Virus record (IMG/VR): IMGVR_UViG_3300048502_000015
Coordinates: 96,425-160,424 of that record
Source: a virus
Taxonomy: Duplodnaviria; Caudoviricetes
Reading direction: 5' to 3' (one strand)
DNA length: 64,000 nucleotides
Of this stretch, positions 48,041 to 57,000 are shown piece by piece (position 1 is the first letter of the stretch; each line of letters opens with the position of its first letter). The translations under genes and the position numbers were made by a program. Below the pieces are notes generated by a model. The model saw only the letters and a list, made by a program, of their open reading frames with translations. It ran no database searches and was not told the origin of the DNA.

Positions 48041-50554
48041 ATGACTCCTATTGCTCCCTTCGGATGGACTAACAATTCTGGTCTTCCTCTTAGCGCCGCA
48101 GATTTAGAGGCCATGCTTGCACAAGCAGGGGCATATACCGATACCCTTGCTACCAATATTGAAAATGGATCTGCCCTCCCGAGTTCGGTGGGAAGCGGGA
48201 CTCCAGCCAACCAAGCGATCTTCGTCGGGAATGGCACTAGCTGGGCCACGCTACCGATCGGCACGGCAGGCGCGACGATGCTCATGGTGCGCTCGGACGG
48301 GACGCTCCAGTATATCAAGACGCCAAAAATCTATGCCTCGGCGTGGGGGGTGGTAAACGACGGCGTTACCCTGAATGACACCGCGATCAATAGCGCAATC
48401 GCCGCAGCAGCGGCGCTCCCGGCCGGTGGGGGCTGCATAGATTGGGGTGCCGGTGAGATAGCGATCAGCACCCAGATCGTGATTCCCGCAGGCGTATCAA
48501 CGGATGGTGGTGGGAGTGGCACGCAGAGCAGCAACGGGACTAGCATTGTCAGCGCCGGGACCACTTTTGTCTGTACGAACGCCGCATCCGGCATCCAGAT
48601 CGATAGCCCGCAAGGTGGCTATCACCGTGGCTGGGTTGTCGATGGTCGGGGAGTCGGCACGGGTGGCTCAGAGGGCGCGATCCTTGAGATCCTGAACGGC
48701 ACATCAACGAACTTTATGGACGTGTCCGCCTTTCGCGGGGCGCTCGACAACACGCACATCAAGTCCACGCAGAACACCACATTCATAGGCTGCGCCAACG
48801 TCCGGGCAGCACGCGACAACGTTGTCATCGACCTCGGGGCCGGTGGCCTCGTATTCCAGCGCTGCGAGCGCTACGGGGCTGGCCGAACAAATCTCCGTAT
48901 CCAGCAGTCGGGCACGTCCTCTAGCGTCTACTCGACACCATCTGATCTTCTCTTTCTCGGCGGTGGGTTGGACGAGCACAACCAGGGCACCTATGTAGGT
49001 ACGCCCGTCACGGCAACGACGAATTCAACGACGACGCTGGCGGCAATCGGCAGCTTTACGGATATCTTGGAGGGCACGTATATCTCGGGCGCGGCGATCG
49101 TGGCCGGAACGTACATCTGCTCGATAAACCGTGCCGCCGGGACGGCCGTGATGAGTCAGGCGGCGACGGCGAGTGCGAGCGGAGTGACAATCACGCCGAC
49201 GTACTTCCCGCCCGTCGTGGTGGCAGAGGGCGCCACGAACAACCAGAGCATCTGGTTTGGCCCGCGTCACACGATGGGCCAGGGCGACACGACAGCGACC
49301 GCTACGCCCGTACTCTGGGTTGGTGCTGCGGGTCGGGTCGTACTCGGGGGCGTTGACTTCTACACGACCGGGGCATTCTCTATTCCGGCATACGTCGTGG
49401 CCGCCAGTGGGACAGGGCTTGCGACCACGGGCATCAACTACTTCTCCGCTGGCCCCGCTGCCGCGATTGATGATTCTTCCGGAGCAACGGTGCGCGTGTC
49501 CCCCGGCTCGCTTGACCTCGGTACTGGTGTGGTTCCGCTTACGTCAACGACGACGAACTACGGCGACTCGTCGGTCTACACGCTGGTCTACGCGCCGCAG
49601 ATCGTGCAGCGCGGGGCTGCTAGCAACACGGTCCTAGCGTCTCTCCTTGCGGGAGATGTGGGGCAGCGCGCACGCCTCTTGGCAGACGGAACACTGGAGT
49701 TCAACTACGGCGGCAGCGGCTATTCGTTCGGCGCCAAGGTGTTCCCCGAGTCCGATGGCACCGTAGGAATCTCACCAGCGCCAACGATTACGGGGCTGCC
49801 TGGGTCGGCCATCAGCCTGCGCATAGCGGGCGCAAACCCCGGTCCGCCAAGCAGCGGGGCGCATGTTGCCAACGACCTCGTTCTCGACACCGTTGCGCCA
49901 CGCCTACTCGTCACGACCGCAGCAGGCACACCGGGAACCTTCGTTGATGTCGCCGCCTACGCTGCCGGTCAAGCCTCTGTGGCGGCGGCGGCGGTGCTTC
50001 CCGTCGTAACCGGGAAGGGTCTTTACTTCCAGGCCCAGTATTCGATCAGCACTTCGGTAACGCTCGCTAACGGCACGCTGCGACTGAGTCCCGTGTACGT
50101 GCCGATAGCCTGCACCATCGAGCAGATGTTCGCGGAGTTCACTGCGGCCGGGGACGCGCCATCCGTGCTCGCGCTCTGCATCTACACCGACAACGGAAGC
50201 TATTACCCTGGCACGCTGCTCCTCACCGGCCCCACGATCAGCACTGGTAGCGGCAACGCCGGGACGGTCAGCACAGGAGGTACGCCGGGAATGTACGGTG
50301 GCAGTTGCTCACAGGCGCTCACTCCCGGCTGGTATTGGATGGGCGGCGTGATCCAGGGTGTCACGGTCACGCAGCCAACGATTCGCACCGGCATATGGGG
50401 ACCGTTCGCAGTGGGCACGACGACGCTTCCGGGGACCAACGACAATGACATCGGCTACGACCAGGGCAGCGTCACTGGGGCACTCCCTGGCACGTTCCAA
50501 TCCACGCGCGGGCGCTCATCCGCAACGCCGCGTATCGGTGTGCAGATCACGTAG
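48041..50554 (+). CDS. Tailspike / receptor-binding protein B with pectate-lyase-like beta helix
   Basis: WGVVNDGVTLNDTAINSAI..A..GGG.I...G beta-helix cap; GPPSSG...AAGTPGT fibre motif. Confidence 0.82.
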   Translation: MTPIAPFGWTNNSGLPLSAADLEAMLAQAGAYTDTLATNIENGSALPSSVGSGTPANQAIFVGNGTSWATLPIGTAGATMLMVRSDGTLQYIKTPKIYASAWGVVNDGVTLNDTAINSAIAAAAALPAGGGCIDWGAGEIAISTQIVIPAGVSTDGGGSGTQSSNGTSIVSAGTTFVCTNAASGIQIDSPQGGYHRGWVVDGRGVGTGGSEGAILEILNGTSTNFMDVSAFRGALDNTHIKSTQNTTFIGCANVRAARDNVVIDLGAGGLVFQRCERYGAGRTNLRIQQSGTSSSVYSTPSDLLFLGGGLDEHNQGTYVGTPVTATTNSTTTLAAIGSFTDILEGTYISGAAIVAGTYICSINRAAGTAVMSQAATASASGVTITPTYFPPVVVAEGATNNQSIWFGPRHTMGQGDTTATATPVLWVGAAGRVVLGGVDFYTTGAFSIPAYVVAASGTGLATTGINYFSAGPAAAIDDSSGATVRVSPGSLDLGTGVVPLTSTTTNYGDSSVYTLVYAPQIVQRGAASNTVLASLLAGDVGQRARLLADGTLEFNYGGSGYSFGAKVFPESDGTVGISPAPTITGLPGSAISLRIAGANPGPPSSGAHVANDLVLDTVAPRLLVTTAAGTPGTFVDVAAYAAGQASVAAAAVLPVVTGKGLYFQAQYSISTSVTLANGTLRLSPVYVPIACTIEQMFAEFTAAGDAPSVLALCIYTDNGSYYPGTLLLTGPTISTGSGNAGTVSTGGTPGMYGGSCSQALTPGWYWMGGVIQGVTVTQPTIRTGIWGPFAVGTTTLPGTNDNDIGYDQGSVTGALPGTFQSTRGRSSATPRIGVQIT
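48176..48196 (+). repeat. Putative in-frame recombination site S3 (LPSSVGS)
   Basis: CTCCCGAGTTCGGTGGGAAGC, 18/21 identical to S4. Confidence 0.75.
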
Positions 50555-50580
50555 CTCGACTCCCGAGTTTGGCGAGAAGC
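50554..50580 (+). repeat. Putative recombination site S4
   Basis: GCTCGACTCCCGAGTTTGGCGAGAAGC beginning at the last base of the tailspike stop codon. Confidence 0.8.
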
Positions 50581-50585
50581 ACAAC

Positions 50586-51122
50586 TTACTGGTAGTAACC
50601 GATTCCCTCATTAGGCGCACTAAACAACGAATGCCATTGATATCCGTTTGTAGTCGTTAGGACACAAACGTAAACGATATCTCCGCTTGTTGTCCCGTTC
50701 CCATAGACCGTATAGAACTGTCCTCGATAAGCTTGACTTGGAGCCGGAAGAGTGTTAACGAGACTTGTTGAACTACCCGGAGACAATAGAACAAGAGTCG
50801 AAATATCGATTGTTCCTCCAGGAGCGTTGTAAGGAATAACTGCACTAAATCCTGTCGCCGGTGCCCCAACCGTTTGAACCGTGAAGTAGTAGAATGTACC
50901 TGTTGGAAGAGTAGAGGAATCGTTATTTGCCGCCAAAGTAAACGCCGTTCCTTGGACGTTCTTAAGCAGCCCCGAAACGATATATCCTATAATCGGAGTT
51001 GGAGAGATTGTTTCGTCCGAATTGGTTATCTGACTAGAAAGAGTAGCCGTAACCGTTCCGTGAGGAATGGACCCATCCGGATTTGTGAAGCTTCCCGTCA
51101 AAATTATTTGTGTGGCTGCCAT
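50586..51122 (-). CDS. Virion structural protein
   Basis: G.F..PDG...G.V, L.AN.D...P.GT.Y, IP......IDIS; fibre-like C-terminal motif. Confidence 0.65.
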   Translation of the reverse strand: MAATQIILTGSFTNPDGSIPHGTVTATLSSQITNSDETISPTPIIGYIVSGLLKNVQGTAFTLAANNDSSTLPTGTFYYFTVQTVGAPATGFSAVIPYNAPGGTIDISTLVLLSPGSSTSLVNTLPAPSQAYRGQFYTVYGNGTTSGDIVYVCVLTTTNGYQWHSLFSAPNEGIGYYQ

Positions 51123-54026
51123 CTACTCTTTACCCGCTTGATCTTCGCCTAAAACCGACCATACTTGGGGGGTGGACATTTGTAAGGTTCTGGTTGCGTG
51201 TTGCATGTTGGTTTCGCCCGGATTTCCGTATGTGTGAAGTCCTGTATCTGGATTGGTGTACCAGGGCCTTCTAAGCGATGCTGCCGTTTTTGAGGTAAAT
51301 TGATATGTCGGATCGGTTGCCCCATAAGGAATCTGATTCTTAGGAGTAAACGGAGCCACGTTTTGGTCCCAATCGGCTGCTACGGAATCTCGATAGGGTT
51401 GAGTGTTTCTCCACCAATCTGGAGCGTTGTTATGCCAGTCTGCTTTAAAGGCTTCTGCATGGCCTCCTCCAACTGGCTGAACTTTAGCTGCCCAATCAAT
51501 TGAATCATGTGGAGTAGGGTTGAGGACCTTCAATCCAGAATGATCTTGGTGGGAACCCGCCCCGGTTCTTTTGGCATCCCACATTAGCCATTGAAATTGT
51601 CCTAGAGGAATATGTCCATATCCGGCTGCATCTCGTCCTGTTGCAAGCTCCCGTTCAAACTTTCCATAGTCACGGGTGTTCATATCCTTCTCATAATTGT
51701 GGCCGAGAACGTCCATCATATGAGTGTCAATCGTGGCCAACTGAGATGTCATTGGTTGAAGAAGAAGCCACGCAAATGAGCATACCTTTGGTCCAACCCC
51801 CGAAACCCCAAGCTGCATTACTGCCGCCCGGAAATGATGTCCTGTCCCGTCATGCTCGTGAATGTCTTCTAATGCTGCCTTGAGAATATTGTCTACGTGT
51901 CCGCTAATTTGGCCAATTGCCTTTAGATGAGTTCCCATCCATGCCGGATACTTTTCTGGAACATCTTGAGGCGTTGCCTCCGGAGGAGCAAATAGGGGTT
52001 CTTGAACTGCCGAAGTGAAGTCTAGCTTGGGCTGGAATTCCTTGATGTACAACTGCATACGCTTAGCTAGAGCTTCGTTAGCCCGACGTTCAATCTCGTC
52101 CGCTAGACGTTGTTTATCCTGGGGCTTATCCTTGTCCTCTCTTGCGATTCTTTCTTGTTCCTCGTTCTGCCAATCGAACATGATCTGCTTGGCTTTTTTC
52201 TGTGCTCCTTGCCATCCGATCTTAGGATTCATCTGGAAGATGATCGACTCAAACGGCTTAACAAATGGAGCGTAGACCATGTGAGCAAAACGAGCTTGTT
52301 CTCCGAAGACCTTAACATTGTGATTCTGTCGGGCATTCTCAAGGGTATTCCAATAGACTCCTGGATCAGAAACATCTCCCGGAATTCCAGCAATATCCTG
52401 GTAGTGTCGAACGTTGGCTTTCAAGTCCTTTCTTGGCGAAAGAAGAACCGCCCGGAAAGCATTTACAATGGCCTGCTTCATAAGGGCCAATTCTCCGGGA
52501 TCTTCCTGATTTAGCTGGGACCATTCGGTATCAATCAGCTTTGCATTATCTGCCCCGGCTTGGCTTCCTAATGGGTCGCCATGATCAAGATAAGCGTTTG
52601 GCTGCATCGGTTCAACCCCGGATGACCAGTTGGCATTTGGGTCAGTAAAAGGGCTAGAAAACCTAGCAGATCCCTCTTTGCTAATGTCGTCATCTTCCTT
52701 CTCTTTCTTTCCCCTTACTTCAATCTCTTCGTCCCGATCAAGATCCCACATGGTTTCCTGTTCATTATCCCAAGCTCGTTTATGAGCTTCATGGAAGTCA
52801 TGCATGATCTGGCCGATATCGAGATATGCCTTAGATCCGTTTTTCCAAATGCTAAGGTAGTTGTCGGGCATTGAGAGCGCAGCAAGATTAGTCTGAACGA
52901 ACTCGTCTATCTTCTGAGGATCTAGATTCGCAAACTTGATTTGGACTTCCCGATCCTTAGTCGGGCTGAAAGCATATCCGTGCTTAGGCTGATCTCCCTT
53001 GAGGTTAATGAAGACTCCCTTTTTGTTGTGGGAGATTAACTGGAAAGCAGTACGAGAGATCTCTGATGTACTGGCAGAGAAGATGTGAATCGGTCGATCT
53101 ACTCCGGGAACGTAGTTGGCCAATCCTAATCCATCAAGATGAGGAGGAATCCCGTCAAACTCTGGTTCGTATTGTTCTGGCTTTACTGCCGGGGAAGATA
53201 CGGGAGGGAAACTCTGGGAAGGATGAACGCCAGCATATCCCGGTCCAGGATTCTCCTTTTGTTGAACCGAATCCATGAACTGGGGGAATAAAGCGACCTT
53301 CAGGGGACCGAATCCCTTGTAGTGCGCCGCATATCCGGTTTGCCCAATACACTCGGACCAGAGAGCCTTTTGAGCGTTTTCTGATAGTAAAGGAAAGTGC
53401 GCGGCGCACGCAGCGTTCTCTCCCTGCCAATCAAAATTTCCTCCAGAAACGGCGTGCCCAAGTACATCGTGAACCGCCCTGAATGCTACGTTCGTTGGGG
53501 TATCCCAGATCGGATGATCTGAGTTAGCTCTTGAAACATTCAGCTTTCGACGCTTCTGAATGTCTTCGATCATCTCTTGAGCGTTTCGGTAGGGTTCGGG
53601 ATCATCTGTCTCGGTAATGTTGAGATGTTGCTTTAGCTGGTTATATCGACGTACCGAATCCTGTCCAAGTTCGTGAAAGGCTGCCGCTGCTTTAGGGTCG
53701 TAAATGTTTGCCTTTGAATAAGCCTCGGCTATTTGGGGAAGCTGGTCTGTCCAATTGTGTGGATTCCACATGCCAAGTTTCCATTGGGCTGCCGTTCGCA
53801 TATTGTACTTGCGAGTAATCGATAGAAGGAGTTTAGCCATTGCTCGTTTTTCTGAATCTCCGAACGACTCGATCTCTTCCCCATGCGGATTCTTAGCCTT
53901 GACCAGATATCCCTTTTTCTTGTCGTACTTGATATGCTTGACTTCCCATCCCAATTGACCAACCTGTTGCACAAGGTCTTCAAGATTAGCTGTAAGTCCC
54001 TGAAGGGATGCAAGAATATCCGGCAT
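51123..54026 (-). CDS. Multi-domain (polyvalent) protein: HD-zincin-like, SAM-lyase-like(?) and HhH-GPD glycosylase domains
   Basis: FRAVHDVLGH..GE; YLSIW..YLDI..EA..NEQETMWDL; GVGPKVCSF..IDTHM..QWLMW; start reassigned to ATG 54026. Confidence 0.75.
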   Translation of the reverse strand: MPDILASLQGLTANLEDLVQQVGQLGWEVKHIKYDKKKGYLVKAKNPHGEEIESFGDSEKRAMAKLLLSITRKYNMRTAAQWKLGMWNPHNWTDQLPQIAEAYSKANIYDPKAAAAFHELGQDSVRRYNQLKQHLNITETDDPEPYRNAQEMIEDIQKRRKLNVSRANSDHPIWDTPTNVAFRAVHDVLGHAVSGGNFDWQGENAACAAHFPLLSENAQKALWSECIGQTGYAAHYKGFGPLKVALFPQFMDSVQQKENPGPGYAGVHPSQSFPPVSSPAVKPEQYEPEFDGIPPHLDGLGLANYVPGVDRPIHIFSASTSEISRTAFQLISHNKKGVFINLKGDQPKHGYAFSPTKDREVQIKFANLDPQKIDEFVQTNLAALSMPDNYLSIWKNGSKAYLDIGQIMHDFHEAHKRAWDNEQETMWDLDRDEEIEVRGKKEKEDDDISKEGSARFSSPFTDPNANWSSGVEPMQPNAYLDHGDPLGSQAGADNAKLIDTEWSQLNQEDPGELALMKQAIVNAFRAVLLSPRKDLKANVRHYQDIAGIPGDVSDPGVYWNTLENARQNHNVKVFGEQARFAHMVYAPFVKPFESIIFQMNPKIGWQGAQKKAKQIMFDWQNEEQERIAREDKDKPQDKQRLADEIERRANEALAKRMQLYIKEFQPKLDFTSAVQEPLFAPPEATPQDVPEKYPAWMGTHLKAIGQISGHVDNILKAALEDIHEHDGTGHHFRAAVMQLGVSGVGPKVCSFAWLLLQPMTSQLATIDTHMMDVLGHNYEKDMNTRDYGKFERELATGRDAAGYGHIPLGQFQWLMWDAKRTGAGSHQDHSGLKVLNPTPHDSIDWAAKVQPVGGGHAEAFKADWHNNAPDWWRNTQPYRDSVAADWDQNVAPFTPKNQIPYGATDPTYQFTSKTAASLRRPWYTNPDTGLHTYGNPGETNMQHATRTLQMSTPQVWSVLGEDQAGKE

Positions 54027-54031
54027 ACTGA

Positions 54032-57000
54032 TTACGCTTCCGTTTTGAAGTTCCATGCCGAAAACGTTGGCTTCTCGGGAACGTTTTGGTACGAGTGCGT
54101 TGTATAATCATAATGAGGCGCAAGTAACCCATTGATATTGTTCATAGCTTCATAATGGGGATGATCCTCAAGGGCTTCGGATTCGAATCTACTCCGCATA
54201 TCATCATAGTGATTCATTGCCTCTTCATCGTCATCGTTTTCTGGATATGATGGCATCCATTCCGTCCCATCATAGTTATCATGTGCCCAATCGAGATGCC
54301 TATCTACTTCAGGTTGCGCAACCTTATCTTGCCAATCCCCAAAGGCCGTAGCAAACTGAGGAATCTCTCCTCTGTGTTTTGCCAAATTATATGCATTTTC
54401 GGCCCAATGCCAATCATGATGTGATTGACGATAACGATTATCATCCACCATGTTGTTCATAACGGCTGGCCAATCCACGTCGGGCTTAGGGGTACTAAGC
54501 CCATATTCATCTATTGCATTCTCAAAATATGACGGATGAATTTCTTGAGGATCTCCAATCTCAAACCGATCCTCATCGGCCCATTTAGGTTTATTCTCGG
54601 GACTGAAAGTATCGAACCATTGCTTCATTCGGTCCTTATACTCGGGAAGCGGTTCTTGATTTCCTTTTCCTTGAATTTGGATTACTTGTCCATTTTCTGG
54701 AACATAGTGATGATTGATAAATTGAGGATCACTTTCTAACGCTTCGTAATGGGGTCTAGCCCAGGGTTCACTCCTATTTTCGTAAATATGATCGGGAGAG
54801 TACAGTTTAGCCATTTCCTTAAATTCATCATAAGGTAGTCCTGCTTCTACCGCATCATTGTTCATATTAGGGTATGTGATGATTTTTGGGGGATGCAATA
54901 TCCCATTTCCTTTAGCTGCTAACTCATCTAATGCTGGCCAATTCCATTCCCTTCTTCGAAGAGGATGAATCTCCATAGTAGTATGCGGCTTGCCTTCCGG
55001 ATCTCTTAGGGAGTAAATCAGAGATCTTCCGTTCTGTACCTGCTGACCATATCCGCCAACGCAGTTATGGACCACGATGTTCTCCACAACATATGAATGG
55101 TCGCCCTCTACTTCTAGGTTGTAAACGGGGCCGGAATAATGTAATTGATCGAGCTTATATATTGTCACGGCTCTGCGATCACCAATTTGCCAGAACCCCG
55201 CCTTGTTATTCCCTCGTCTTGGATAGGGAGTTAACCCACAGGGTTCCTGAACGGCGTATGATACCTTTTTATTTTTGGGATAATTGGTGGAAATAGAAGG
55301 CTGTCCATTCTGACGTAATGAAATTTCAGCCATCTGTAGAGCTAACATTTTAGAGGTTTGATGAAAGGTTTGACTACTTTCGCAATTATCTCCGTCTAGA
55401 ATTCCCCTCTGTAAATGATTAAGCTTCTCTAGGGGTAGGTTCAAAAGTTCAGCGGGAATATGTTTATTTTCACAGCCCCTTCCTAGCCATTCTGAAAACC
55501 ACTCCGCTAATGTCCGAGAAGATATCCTCATGACTCGACCGTTATAATCTAATTTATCCTTTCGTTCTTGTATAGTAAATCCATATGTGAGAAAAAGGTC
55601 TTGAAGTCTCGTCCAATAGGATTTTTCATCCTTATGCAAGGCAAATTGAATTCCATTTTCACTGGCTGATCCCTCGGCAATATATAAACCAATCATCCAT
55701 AAGAATTCTGGTGTTAATTCAAACCCTTGTGGTCCTTGACGAGCCGGTCCAGTTCTTTGCTCCTTTCCTAAATGATGTTTAGGGATAGTAACATAGTCCA
55801 GGTCATATGAATCCTTTAGAGGGTTTGCAGCCAAATATTGCCTTCTATCAAGCTCTCGCGCGGGGGTCCATTCAAATATGTGCTTATCTGCATCCCGTTT
55901 GGGGCAAGATCCATCCCAAACCTTTGGATGCTCTTGATCACAATGAACGGCTAAAACTGGATGATTTCCCGTCATTCTAAGAGGTTCGGTGCCTACGCGA
56001 GTATACGCTTCTATTAAATCCCCTTCATAGTGATTTACAAAGGTTTGTTCGACTGAATGCCATTTTCCATCTGCCGCGATTACTTTATCGCCCACAATAA
56101 CATCTTCGATAGGAATAAATCCCTTTTTAGTTCGGACTAAAGATCCTGCCACAAAACAATGGCCCATGTTATTTCCTTCGGCTTTAAGCTCTTCCGGTTG
56201 CGTTAGCCTTCTCAGGGTCCAATTATCGGGATATCTATGAACTGTTTCTCCGTGAGAGGCCGCTTCTTGTTCTTTGGCATTCTTCATTGCCTCATCCCAA
56301 TTTTGGATATGTTGCATAAACTCTGGGAGAGTCTTCTGCATGATATCCCCCATAGCTCGCTTCTCGGGATGATTAGAGTTATAGAAATCCGCCCAGTGAT
56401 CCAAAGTATTGTAACTTATCGGTCGTTTCCCATATTGCTGATCACTTTGGTCCTGATAACTTAATAACCCAATCGGGTTGTCACGACTGCTCCCCTCGTG
56501 ATTTACATGATTTATTCTTCCCTTTTTCCACTCTCTTGTAAGCCACGGCATTAATCCATCAGATTTCTCACTCCAATAACGACCACCAAGAGTTCGTAAA
56601 AATTCTTTTCCCTCGGGAGTTTGTAAATCTGGACGAGCTTTAGGGTTCATCAAAAAATCATGAAATTTGTCTGCCGTCTTGACCATGCTGGTATGAGTCG
56701 GGACAAATCTCGTATAATCGAAGCCGCACCAACAAGGTTCTCCGGTGTAGTAATTCGGGTGGGTTTTAGCCGCCGATTCAAAGTTCCAACCAGCCCCAAC
56801 TGTCATCCCATAGTCGTTGCTGAATTGGATATCGTGATGTCGGGCTTCTCCTTCTGTATCCGTATTTCCATGGCCGTATTCCTTATCCCAATGAGTCGGA
56901 GCTTTGAATGTCTTAACATCCATGATTGCCTCTCTCGGGACAATCCCCTTGTAATAATGGTTTCCCCATTCCATTCCGTTTTGGTATCCCTCGCCCGTTT

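Noticed and set aside
45078-50554. Diversity-generating retroelement
   Set aside because: No reverse transcriptase and no TR/VR pair differing at adenines seen in the window.
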